A stretch of 64,000 bases of DNA from Neoechinorhynchus agilis (lineage: Eukaryota; Animalia; Acanthocephala), in the NCBI GenBank assembly GCA_051530055.1, contig CM121342.1, forward strand, positions 10,059,480 to 10,123,479. Reading direction: 5' to 3'. Below the pieces are notes generated by a model. The model worked only from the letters and a program-made list of their open reading frames with translations. It ran no database searches and had not been told where the DNA came from. Below, one piece after another: positions 13,796-25,484 of this stretch; within the stretch, counting starts at the first letter, position 1; every line of letters begins with the position of its first letter. The translations under genes were made by a program, and so were the position numbers.

Positions 13796-14011
13796 ACTAC
13801 GGAATGTCAAACTCAGCCAGTTTTTTCGACTCAGGGTGAGCGCTGTATTCTATTTTAAGTTTTACTGGCAAGCCGGTTTGTTTTCAAATCATCATTAAAT
13901 TTTAGTTTGTCCCTTTTTGTCCGGCTTATTTTTAGGCATAAAGCCAAACGAATTAAATTAGAGAAGTGATATAACCACATAGTCTCTAATGCGCGGTTAA
14001 CAGTTTGTACA

Positions 14012-14275
14012 TTAACTCAGTGGTCCATACACTGACCACATAACGAAACCAAATTTCTGTCGATATTTCCAATAAGTCTCGAAACTTCTAATGAGTGCGA
14101 TGATTTGGATTGTTTCGCCTAGGTCCATTTCATCGGCCAAAATACATCCTTGATTTTGAATAAACAAGTTCCAGAGCCATTTTAGACCTTCAGTTTGGTA
14201 AGGGTGTAACGTATTAATGAGTTCAGTTGGAATTTCGGGTTTTGATGGGTGTTCAAAAGAACACAATTCTGTCAC
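14012..14275 (-). pseudogene. SNF2-family (ERCC6/ERCC6L-like) helicase N-terminal fragment
   Basis: [13 protein letters not shown]...[19 protein letters not shown]; Walker A GLGKT is mutated to DLGET; no further helicase motifs seen nearby. Confidence 0.7.
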
Positions 14276-14884
14276 AGCATCCTATGTCGGTCACTCGGAT
14301 TATTCGATTGACATTTGATTAGAAGCCGTAGACAATCTTCAAGTTCGCCTTCTATGGCATATTTCTTCGCTCTACAGTACATCACCGTGAACGATTGGTC
14401 ATTATCGTCCAACGAAGACGAGTTCATTGCTCAGGAAGGATCATGAAATAACGATTTTCATAAAACTTTTTAACGGTTGAAGAGAAGATAACAACATAAC
14501 CTTTAGAGTTCATAAGTTCACAGAAGTATTTAATAATGTTAATTTAGAACTGCGGATAAGTCATCGCATTAGTTGTAAAAATGAACATGAGATGAATTAA
14601 ATTCAATAATGAATTTTTTTCTTCCGTGCCAGTTAAGATCATCGGCATTAAAAAATAAATTAACGGATCTAAACTTAATTTTATGAAATTCTCTTCTGTT
14701 GTTTTTATTAATCTTAAAATTGAGATTTAAACATCGTGCCAAATTAAGTGAAATTCATCGATCAATTTTTCGGGTATATCGTAAATTCGCTACTCTAAAC
14801 GCTATTCCGTTATAAGGAAACGGTAAAATTATCGGGCAAAATTAAACACTTTAGAAAATTAATTTAAAACAACCGTTTGTGCAA

Positions 14885-15500
14885 CTAATTTTTTAGAATT
14901 CCTTTTATTTCGAGCAATTGGACAAAATATATTATTATTATCGGTTTTGACGAATTGTCGATCAATCCATAAAAAGGGGAAATCAGTTGGCCCAGTCGAA
15001 ATTTTTTTATTTGTTTGGCCTTTATTTTTCACACAATTTGAATCCGCTTTTTTACTTCCGTTTGTGCTACTTATTTTTTAGAATTTCTTCTATTTCGAAT
15101 AATTGAACCAAAAATAATTATTATCCGTATTCTTGACGAATTGTTGACCAATCCATAAAAAGGGAAATCGATTAGCCTAGTCGAAAAATAAGATTATTTG
15201 TTTGGCCTTTATTTTTCACACAAATTGAATCCGCTATTTTACTTCCGTTTGATCAACATATTTTTTTTGAATTTCTTTTATTTCGAATAATTGGACAAAA
15301 TATATTATTATCGGTTTTCTTGACGAATTGCCGATCAATCCATAAAAAGGGAAATCGATTAGTTGAGTCGAAAAAAGATTATTTGTTTTATTTTTATTTA
15401 GCAGATAAATTAAATCCGCTTTTTTGCTTCCGTTATGGTCAAAGTATTTTTTAGAATTTCTTTTATTTCGAATAATTGGACAAAATAAATTATTATCCAT
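14885..15500. repeat. Degenerate tandem repeat, about 186-bp unit, about 3.3 copies
   Basis: GAATT...CGA(G/A)(C/T)AATTG anchors at 14896, 15081, 15269, 15454. Confidence 0.85.
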
Positions 15501-15957
15501 GTCGTTAAATCCTCTACATGAATCGTGATTCATAAAAAGACCAACTTTACAATCTTCTATGACAATTGTGTGCGTTTTCTCCAAGACATCGTTACCCGAA
15601 AATAAAGGGAGCTCTTGTGGTTTGTTTGATGGGGAATCTAAATTCAAAATTTCAAGTTTTTCGTAGTGCCGTTAAAGTTTCCGAAGAGGTTGAAACGTGT
15701 GGGGATGAGCTTTTATGTGAAAAGATTTGAATAGGATGTTGTGAAATAAGGAGCTCCTATTCAATAAATTATTTTAATTTTTTCCACTATCTAAAAACAT
15801 GAGCAATTCAATGTTCAAACCGAATTTAGTGTATTCGTGTTTCGAAGTATAGATGCAATTAATTTTTGTTTCCGGATTTATTTGTGGAACAAAGCACCGC
15901 TACAGATTTAAATCTCTTCATTAAGTCAGAATTTGTCAAAATCCTTAATTTCTCCAG

Positions 15958-18677
15958 ATGACGACGAAGAGAGCTTTATTGGAAGAAATACTTAATCGAA
16001 AGATCTCCCAGATCCTTTCTGAATCGATTCCTCCACATACTGTCGAATTCCGCCCGATTCTCTACGGAACAGCGGGATTTCGCGAGAATGCCTTCGATCT
16101 TAAACACATTTCTACACGAATGGGAATATTGATAGCACTTCGAGCATCCGCACAAAAGGCGTGTGTCGGAGTCATGGTCACAGCTTCTCATAATCCTCCC
16201 GGTGACAATGGGCTTAAGATTATTGACGCCGGTGGTGAAATGATGGATTCTAAATGGGAATCATTTGCTAATGATCTTGCGAACAGTCGAAATACACAGA
16301 GTTTATCGGCTTGTCTCACAGAGCATTTCTCGGATAGTGTTAATGATATTTCATCGTTACTAACGTCCGAAGAGATCACTCGAGGATTATTAGCTTTGAG
16401 ATGCGGAACAAGTAACGAAAAAGACGATGAAGACGATGAATTCATTGAACAGTTTCAAAAGAAACGACACAGTTTCGCACAAGATCACGTTCCGTCTGAT
16501 CGAAAGCCCCGTGTAGTTATCGGGTTTGATAATCGATCTTCGAGTCCTGATCTAGTCCATCGCATTACTTCTTGTCTCCAATCGTTCGGTATTCAATGCG
16601 TGACTTTTGATCATGTAACTACTCCTCAACTTCATTATATTGTCCGTTGTGAAAATAATGCACTTTTCGGAGATTATGGATATCCTAATGTTATTGGATA
16701 TCAAAGCAAATTTGGAATGGCTTATATAAACTTTAAGGATGCGACTCAAGGCCTTCGAATTATCCGGTTTGAAGTCAAATCGATATTGGGTTGAATAAGG
16801 GAACTTTAAAAAAATTAACTTAATCTTTTTTTGTCGCTTTGGTTTCAAAACAGAACACGATTTTAAATTCAAACCTAAATATGTTCATAAGATATACTTC
16901 AAGAAATTATAAATTTAGATATTAAAGAGCGTCAAGTGGGTTTAAGTAAAGTTTTAAGAATAAACATTTACTCCTTTTAACGATTTTTTCATTTTCGATT
17001 GATTTCATTCGGAACCATTCAAACCCAAATCTCCTTGGATATTATTGGATGGCGCTTGTGGCGTCGGTGGTTACCAGATCAGTAAACTAATGCAAGTGCT
17101 TCGTGACAACCAAGACGAGCATATCGTTACCCGATTACATATCGTAAATCCAATGGATGCAAAATATTTGAACTGTCAATGCGGAAGCGACTATGTGAAG
17201 ACCGTTCTAAAAGTTCCAAGAGGTATACCTTCCCGATCGTCAGTAAAACATTGCTGCTCTTTAGATGGTGATGGCGATCGGATAATTTAAAAAGAGGGCG
17301 GAGCTGATTGCAGATTTCCCGGGTTTCTTTAAAGTATAAGATTCAGCTTTTTTAATCTAACTAATCGATTGATTTAAATTTTTTTGTAATAACACGTTTA
17401 TTTTCGAGTTAACAACGAAAAGGACCGATGTATCTTTTGGTCCTCATTAAACACTCGAATTCGCAAGAGAGATTGTTAGGTTGGGTCTTTCGTCCGGTTC
17501 ATGATAGTTTAAATTTTGATGTCCAAACAGATCTTGAACGTTGTTCCGTTTTCGTGTTGTAGAATTGTGTTTTTTTCGGTTAGTGTACTTTGATTTATTT
17601 GATTTTGGTTTGTTTTTCTAGAGGCGAAGTTCATGGAATGGACTCGTTTCCTAGGGAGTGGGAAAATCAAGTTTAGACACATTCTCGTCTTGCGGAATTA
17701 TTAACTTTATTAAAAGCCAGCGAAGATAAGAGGAAACCAGTATTCGGGTAAGTTTTTCGGAAGGATTGAACGATTCATCGATGTTTTTTTTCAATTAGTC
17801 ACTGTCGGCATTTACTGAAAAAAAGAGTCAACATTTTGTGAAAACGACCGATTAGCTCCGTCCAGCGTACTGGTATTCTCTGGACAGGCAAGCAATTCAC
17901 ATTCTGGACGGTGACCACATAGCAGCATTGATTTGCAAATTTTTGAGTGAACTTGCGACTACTCGGTTTAGATCGGACAATAACCCGTTTGACGGAATGC
18001 GGATGGGTGTTGTGCAGACTCTGTACTCGAACGCTGCTTCAACGAATTTCCTCAGAAACGAATTGAAGATGAACGTTGTGATAGCCGAGACGGGAGTAAA
18101 GAATCTTCACCGTGAGGCGTTAAAATTCGACATTGGTATTTACTTTGAAGCGAACGGACATGGAACTGTGATTTACGGCAATAAGTTCAGGAAACAAGTA
18201 GCGGATAAGAAAAGGATTGCTTGCAATAACGTTGATTCTGATGAAATTAGGTGGTTTAGTTTACTGCAGAATTTTATGGACATGTCCAACACTACAGTCG
18301 GAGACGCGATTTGTGATTTCTTAATGGTCGAATCTATTTTAATGTACTACAGTTGGAATCTGATTACAGAATGGGCTGAAATGTACCACGACCGTCCAAA
18401 TGTGCTTACATGCGTGAAAGTCCCTGATAAATCAAAGTTTGTTGTAAAGGGTCCGATGTGTGAATTGCTTGCTCCTAAGGCTGTTGCTGATCAAATCACA
18501 AAGTCCGTGAATGATGCGGTTGAGGATTGTAGAGCGTTTATAAGGCCGAGTGGAACAGAGAACGTTGTGAGGATTTACGTTGAAGCGGAAACTAAAAATA
18601 CTGCAAAGAACATTTCTGATGAAATACGCGAATGTATTGAGCGCGTTTGCGCTAAAGATATCTTCGTCTTCGATTAA
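15958..18677 (+). CDS. PGM3: Phosphoacetylglucosamine mutase; exons 15958-16768, 17040-17287, 17868-18677 (both introns non-canonical)
   Basis: YGTAGFR, catalytic TASHNP, DGACGVG, metal loop DGDGDR, EANGHG, RPSGTE motifs; joined CDS is 1869 nt in frame. Confidence 0.92.
16769..17039 (+). other. Non-canonical intron PGM3-1 (271 nt; TTGAAG...TTGGA|TA) with terminal stem
   Basis: No AG between the in-frame TGA (17000-17002) and the conserved LLDGACG; 5' GATATTGGGTTGAAT pairs with 3' ATTCAAACCCAAATC; could also be placed as GT...TG. Confidence 0.7.
17288..17867 (+). other. Non-canonical intron PGM3-2 (580 nt; TAAAAAG...CCAGCG|TA) with 15-bp terminal stem
   Basis: Removal gives DGDGDRII-YWYSLDRQAIHILDGD, colinear with the family pattern DGDADRIVYY...HLIDGD; the only usable GT would delete the metal loop; 17296-17310 pairs with 17849-17863 (3 G.U). 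Confidence 0.85.
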
Positions 18678-19089
18678 AGAATATTTCTTTTAATTAAACA
18701 AAATTTATTCAGCACGAATATTAAGCATGAAATGGAAAAAGGAAGAATCACCTTTAATGTGATATAAAAACGTTTGACCAGCGGAAACACGCAGATGCGA
18801 AGCTAAAATTCTTTCAAATGAAATCACTCGATCAGAAGTCATAAGAATAAAATGTAAAACCAACAAAAATTTTAATCAAAGGCGAACACATCCTTGGCGC
18901 AAAACATACGGACGGGTAAAAATCGTTAATATTGTTCGAAATAAACGTTGCAACGTTCGCTCAAACGGTTTCCAAAGAGGAATCAAAGGTGATGTTTTCG
19001 TGGATTGTCAACTGATTTCTCAATTGCATGTTCTTCTTTTGATAATCCTTATTTTAGCGGTTTAGAAGAAATTTATTTTGAACCACCTC

Positions 19090-21497
19090 TTCGACAAGAT
19101 ATGGATGGAACTTTGAATGGTGTTTGGAAGATGGAGACCGCATTTTCCCATTGTACACGGCCATGATTAATAACACGTTTATTTATTAGTAAACAAAGCA
19201 AAGGACCCATGTATCTTTGGGTCCTCCGAACACTGAGATAGTGATGTAGGATGATTATTGAAATCACGAAGAATGATTAGATGTTCAAGACCAAGAGAGT
19301 TACGATTTGCAATCAGTTCATGATCTGTTCCTGTTCGCGGCATGGATGGAACTTTGAATTGTGTTTGGAAGATGGAGACCGCATTTTCCCATTGTACACG
19401 GCCATGATTAATAACACGTTTATTTATTAGTAAACAAAGCAAAGGACCCATGTATCTTTGGGTCCTCGGAACACTGAGATAGTGATGTAGGATCATTATT
19501 GAAATCACGAATAATGATTAGATGTTCAAGACCAAGAGAGTGACGATTTGCTATCAGTGCCGGATCTGTTCCTGCTCGCGGCATGGGTGGAACTTTGAAT
19601 TGTGTTTGGAAGATGGAGACCGCATTTTCCCATTGTACACGGCCATGATTAATAACACGTTTATTTATGAGTTAAGAAAGCAAGTGACCCATTTATCATT
19701 GGGTCCTCGGAACACTGAGATAGTGATGTAGGAAGATTATTTAAATCAAGAAGAATGATTAGATGTTCAAGGCCAAGGGAATAAAGATTTGCAATCTGTG
19801 CATGATCTGTTCCTGTTCACGGCATGGATGGAACTTTGAATATTGTTTGAAAGACGGCGGTCGCATTTTCTCATTGTACACGGCCATCATTAATAACACG
19901 TTCATTTAATAGTTAACAAAGCAAAAGACCCATATATCTTTAGGTCCTCTGAACACTGAGATAGTGATGTAGGAAGATTATTTAAATCACGAAGAATGAT
20001 TAGATATTCAAGACCAAGAGAGTAAAGATTTGCTATCAGTGCATGATCTGTTCCTGTTCGCGCCATGGACGGAAATTTGAATGGTGTTTTAAAGACGGAG
20101 ACCGCATTATCTCATTGTACACGGCCATGAATAATAATACGTTCATTTATGAGTTAATAAAGCAAAGTACCCATGTATCTTTGGGTCCTCGGAACACTGA
20201 GATAGTGATGTAGGATGATTATTGAAATCACGAAGAATGATTAGATGTTCAAGACCAAGAGAGTGAAGATTTGCTATCAGTTCATGATCTGTTCCTGTTC
20301 GCGGCATGGATGGAACTTTGAATGGTGTTTGGAAGATGGAGACCGCATTTTCCCATTGTACACGGCCATGATTAATAACACGTTTATTTATGAGTTAACA
20401 AAGCAAAGGACCCATGTATCTTTGGGTCCTCGGAACACTGAGATAGTGATGTAGGGTTATTATTGAAATCACGAAGAATGATTAGATGTTCAAGGCCAAG
20501 AGAGTGAGGATTTTCTATCAGTGCATGATCTGTTCCTGTTCGCGGCATGGATGGAACTTTGAATGGTGTTTGGAAGATGGAGACCGCATTTTCCCATTGT
20601 ACATGGCCATGATTAATAACACGTTTATTTATTAGTAAACAAAGCAAAAAACCCATGTATCTTTGGGTCCGAACACTGAGATAGTGATGTAGGAAGATTA
20701 TTGAAATCACGAAGAATGATTAGATGTTCAGGACCAAGAGAGTGAAGATTTGCAATCAGTGCATGATCTGTTCCTGTTCGCGGCATGGATGGAACTTTGA
20801 ATGGTGTTTGGAAGATGGAGACCGCATTTTCCCATTGTACACGGCCATGATTAATAACACGTTTATTTATTAGTAAACAAAGCAAAAAACCCATGTATCT
20901 TTGGGTCCTCGGAACACTGAGATAGTGATGTAGGAAGATTATTGAAATCACGAAGAATGATTAGATGTTCAAGACCAAGAGAGTGAAGATTTGCTATCAG
21001 TGCATGATCTGTTCCTGTTCGCGGCATGGATGGAACTTTGAATGGTGTTTGGAAGATGGAGACCGCATTTTCCCATTGTACACGGCCATGATTAATAACA
21101 CGTTTATTTATTAGTAAACAAAGCAAAAAACCCATGTATCTTTGGGTCCTCCGAGCACTGAGATAGTGATGTAGGAAGATTATTGAAATCACGAAGAATG
21201 ATTATATGTTCAGGACCAAGAGAGTGAAGATTTGCAATCAGTGCATGATCTGTTCCTGTTCGCGGCATGGATGGAACTTTGAATGGTGTTTGGAAGATGG
21301 AGACCGCATTTTCCCATTGTACACGGCCATGATTAATAACACGTTTATTTATTAGTAAACAAAGCAAAGGACCCATGTATCTTTGGGTCCTCGGAACACT
21401 GAGATAGTGATGTAGGAAGATTATTGAAATCACGAAGAATCATTAGATGTTCAGGACCAAGAGAGCGAAGATTTGCTATCAGTGCATGATCTGTTCA
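19090..21497. repeat. Tandem array, 241-bp unit, about 10 copies
   Basis: GCATGGATGGAACTTTGAA anchors at 19340, 19581, 20304 etc.; the repeated minus-strand ORFs in the track are a by-product. Confidence 0.95.
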
Positions 21498-22504
21498 CGT
21501 CTGCATTAAAAACAGGAAGTCTCATACCGGATGCTTTAAAATAAGACTCGATATCGGGCATTGTGGGGCGCAATGTTAGAGCGCTCCTGTGAACTAATCG
21601 AACTTCTATATTTGCCTACTTGATATGGATCGTGAATTCGTTACTAACAAATGTGAAACTGAGGATCAGTAAGGAACCGCAACACCTTTGCTTCTTCCCC
21701 GACCATCCACCAATCAATTTCGTTTGACGTTGAAGTTTCGTGATTTCCCGATCCCATAGCCGTTTTGAGCGAACATTTTGTTTAAAACCTCAACAGCCAC
21801 AATTACAGCCTCCAACGAAGATGAGCAAATCCTTGTCGTCTTATAGATCGCCTGCTTTACCACCGAAAAAAATGATGAGATTCTCAATGCATAACTATGA
21901 CTTTCTTGCAAGGCTTGCTGTGCAACTAAAACGTCCTTTAATCGTAATTAAGGGCAAGAAGTCCGCTGAGTTGTCCCTCGTCCCTTTAAACCGTCCGGTC
22001 TCCCCTTAGGACAGTAGCACTTCGTCTACATATCTGTGCGGAGAATGTACTGCCTCGTAAACTCTTCTTGTTGAGAAAAGAATACACATTTCGCGATTCA
22101 AGGGAAAACATAGTATTGTGTGTTCAAAAAGAACAAATTTTTCACCTTTTAAGTAAGAGAATTTATACCATGTCGATAAAAAAAAGAGAACAAGTTGAAA
22201 AAATGTTTTTTAAAAAACTTAACAAAATGGTCAACACTGGAGCAAGGCTGCTGTTCGCCATAGTCAATCCTGGGATTTGCCGATAGAGCCTATTTAACAT
22301 CCAATATCTCAAACTCATGAAGTTTGAGCTGCCCTACTAGTCAGCAATTCAAGAACATCAGAATTAGATTAAATTTTTTGAACGTAATAACATTGTTGCC
22401 CACATCTTGCTTAGTTGTACATGGGCCATCAATGTTCCTCGGCATGATAATGAACATTTTTACGAGAAAATGCCATAAGTACACCGAGGTAAAATATTAA
22501 TTAA

Positions 22505-22690
22505 GAACACACGCAAATCTCATTAAAGTAGTAAAATTGAAAGAAAATCGACCACGAATTTTGGTGACGTCCCAAAGGCGATTTTTTTAAAAACATCATA
22601 ATTTTTTACACGAAAATCTCATTAAAGTAGTAAAATTCAAAGAAAATCGACCACGAATTTTGGTGACGTTCCAAAGACGATTTTTTATCC
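22505..22690. repeat. Two-copy tandem duplication, about 100-bp unit
   Basis: ACACG(C/A)AAATCTCATTAAAGTAGTAAAATT...GGTGACGT occurs twice. Confidence 0.85.
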
Positions 22691-22833
22691 ATAGTTTTTG
22701 CATGTTACAATAAATGTGATTTCTTAAACGAAACTTTTTTTTGAAACCATTAAATTTTATTTGTTAAACGATTGGCGATGCACAAGCAAATGTATTCCTG
22801 TGACAAAATATCTCGATCGCAGTACAACGAGAG

Positions 22834-22982
22834 AATGCTGCTAGTGTGATAGCGACAGCCGAGGAAGGAGAGAAGCTAGGATTTTGCGGACGGTGGTGAT
22901 TGCACGTTTTGTCCTTCAACAAATACCCGCAAAATCTTAGCTTCTCTCCTTCCTCGGCTGTCGCTATCACACTAGCAGCATT
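22834..22982. repeat. Foldback of a HERO-like retrotransposon 3' coding end (arms about 56 bp)
   Basis: AATGCTGCTAGTGTGATAGCGACAGCCGAGGAAGGAGAGAAGCTAGGATTTTGCGG and its near-perfect reverse complement; encodes SIAVQRENAASVIAT like the RLE C-terminus at 25870-25930. Confidence 0.85.
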
Positions 22983-23775
22983 GCCCCGACTTAAATTCTG
23001 CAAACAAAGCAAAACCACACGCGAGGCGAAGGATAAACGCGTTCACAAGATTGTGCTGAAACAAATCGGCAGTTTTAAATTTATAATCAATTTAATTTTT
23101 CCAGGTACCATAAAGCAACCAAAATATGAACAATTCAATCTCGGAATAACACGAATCCCGCAGTCATTTGGAAAACGCAACGCGACAATACGGAAGAACA
23201 ATGATTATGACATCATCAATCTTCTCGTTTTATATCATCTCCAAAGATATTGCTCGCTCGTAACAAGTTTAGAAGAGAATACAGTTTCGGATCTGTATTG
23301 CTTTTTGTAACAGGATTATCAACTCTGCAGAATCTTTCAATTTTTTTCCTGTGGTCAATAATGCCTTCCTTATTTTCTTTTTTCTTGAAAATTCGATCAC
23401 ACCGACGGAATCTCGCAACAATTTTCCCGCTGAACGGTGATTTTATTAAGGATTACATTCGGAAGTAATATAGTTAAAATCATTAACGTCTAAGAAATCG
23501 AATATTGTTATTTATGTCGCTTATGAACACCCGAGGGAGAGATCGTTATAGAAGAACGTATTAAAGTTGACTGATTGAATCAGAGTCATTTTATCAATTC
23601 AATTTAAAAAATTTTTTGATAGGAATTTGTGTTTGAAGATTGAATTGTTCATGCTTTTATATGGCAGTTGAAAATTAAGGGAATTTTCGTTAAATTCGAT
23701 TGTTTTTTCGGCACGAGACACAATCTTGCACGCCTTTGGATCAAGGTTGTTTGTGGGCTTTTAAATTTAGATTTT

Positions 23776-24039
23776 TCATGAATTTGATTTGACGTTCATA
23801 TTTCTGATTGATTTGCCCAATGATTGATTATTGCACAATTTGATTTTATGGTCTCTAAATTTCCAAAGAAAACTTCTAACCTTGACAGAATGCGTACAAG
23901 ATCGTGTTTTGCCGAAAATTACACACCAAATGATTGTTGTTGTTGGTATTATAGACTCGGGAACTCGGTATTCGAGGAAATCCTTTATTTCCTTGATTAG
24001 TGTGGCTTTAAAAGAAAACTCGTTCCGGACGTCTTCCAT
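23776..24039 (-). CDS. Possible dynein light chain (LC8-like) small protein, 87 aa
   Basis: KEIKDFLEY...WCVIFGK...THSVK loosely resembles the LC8 pattern IKKEFD...WHCIVG...TH; divergent. Confidence 0.35.
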   Translation of the reverse strand: MEDVRNEFSFKATLIKEIKDFLEYRVPESIIPTTTIIWCVIFGKTRSCTHSVKVRSFLWKFRDHKIKLCNNQSLGKSIRNMNVKSNS

Positions 24040-24047
24040 TTTTTAAG

Positions 24048-24461
24048 ATGTGTGCATTGTTTCATCCAAGTCGCGGCGGCGTTCGCGGTGGTCGCGATCA
24101 GTTCGATTGGGAAGCTGTGAAATCGGACAAAGATCGTGAATGTTATCTTGGTCACTCTTTGAAGGCATCAGTCGGTAGATGGCAGCAAGGTCGAGATATT
24201 ATGTGGTACACTAAAAACAAGCGACAGGACGACGAAATGAAAAACGCAGAATTTGAACAAGTAAAGAAATTAGAAGAAAAAGCTCTATTAAACGCACTTG
24301 GATTACCTTCCAACTCGGACTTTTTGTCCTCTAAAAAACGAACTTCAAATTCAAGCTCATCTGAACCTACGGACGATGATTGGACGCGTCTGATGGACGA
24401 ATTAGTCGATCGATGTGGTGGGTACAAAAAGCTGAAAAAACGGTTGAAAAAAGAGCTTTAG
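24048..24461 (+). CDS. C1orf35: MMTAG2 / C1orf35 homolog
   Basis: SRGGVRGGRDQFDWEAVKSDKDRECYLGHSLKASVGRWQQGRDIMWY matches the MMTAG2 N-terminal domain. Confidence 0.88.
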   Translation: MCALFHPSRGGVRGGRDQFDWEAVKSDKDRECYLGHSLKASVGRWQQGRDIMWYTKNKRQDDEMKNAEFEQVKKLEEKALLNALGLPSNSDFLSSKKRTSNSSSSEPTDDDWTRLMDELVDRCGGYKKLKKRLKKEL

Positions 24462-24699
24462 GTATCTAACGCCCGGTTTCCTATTATGTTAAAGCCATGA
24501 CAACAAAGAAAGAGCACAAGAAAATCTGTAGCTGGCGCAAAATTTCTAATGGAAGCGAGTGAAGTTTAGACACATCAATCTTCGTTTCCATCTTTGCTTA
24601 GAACCAGTTTTTTAAAGCACCTTTCTTGCTCCTTCCTTTTCAGAAGGAAATCAAATTCGGTAAATATAAAAGAACAAACACATTTAGTCTGAAGACTGA

Positions 24700-24965
24700 A
24701 TTGTTCATATTTTGGTTGTTTTCTGGCTCGTAGAAAAAATGATTTTATTTTTAACTGCGGATTGGTTTCGGCACAATCTTATGAACGCCATTTTATCAAG
24801 GTTGTTAAAGTGGTTTATTCACACTTGAATATCTGCGAATAAAACACTTAAACAAACTTGTGATAAACGCGTTCACAAGATTGTACCTCGCCGAAAACAA
24901 TCGGCAGTTTAAAAATAAAATCATTTTAATTTTTCCAGGCGCCATAAAACAACCAACAAATATAA
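24700..24965. mobile_element. Palindromic MITE-like element; related arms at about 23030-23130, 23640-23760, 60320-60430, 60600-60660
   Basis: Left arm GTTCATATTTTGGTTG...CACAATCTTATGAACGC is inverted relative to right arm GCGTTCACAAGATTGT...AACAACCAACAAATAT. Confidence 0.65.
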
Positions 24966-25484
24966 TATTGAGTGTGTGCTTTAATTTGAAATTTTATCAG
25001 CAAGTTGCGTAAATATATCCGTCTTCTGTAGGCGAATACTAGCTTCGAAAAAAGAGACAGACTAGGAATTCATTAAACTACCTCTTTATCCATCGCATTA
25101 GCTGTCTAATGGAACATTTATCTCGCCCTTGGGGAACAAAAACATTGCAAACCGTCGAGTAAATTCTTTTTATTTTAAAGCTGATATCAACTTTTTTCAG
25201 AACTTTCATCCGAAATTCCGAAAATAACCTTCGTGCAAAAAAAAGGTACTATTCTGCTTGATGTGATGTCCATATAACAACCGTATATTTTTTGCAAAAG
25301 AATACAAAACCACCCACAACTAACCCGCTAAATTATTTCAATGTGCACATGATCGATTACCAACGTATCGATTGCAGCTTGGCGCGCATCACACTTGAGA
25401 ACACTAAAGGCTTGAATTTTACAATACAGCATTGAGTTAAGAAAAATCCACTTTTTTCTGTTATTTTTTAAAGACTTAAGGAAA

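Noticed and set aside
17288-17290. Alternative genetic code or stop-codon readthrough to explain in-frame stops in PGM3, CYB5R and the Zn-ribbon gene
   Set aside because: TAA and TGA terminate intact genes such as RPL19 and CA. Readthrough would not remove the non-homologous sequence or fix the frame changes.
19073-21433. Series of similar 64-109 aa ORFs on both strands
   Set aside because: By-products of the 241-bp tandem repeat; non-ATG starts, no protein-like features.
19090-21497. CRISPR array
   Set aside because: Units are homologous along their whole length; no repeat-spacer pattern and no cas genes.
21714-22286. Short ORFs of 65-89 aa downstream of the 241-bp array
   Set aside because: No family resemblance or supporting exon structure.
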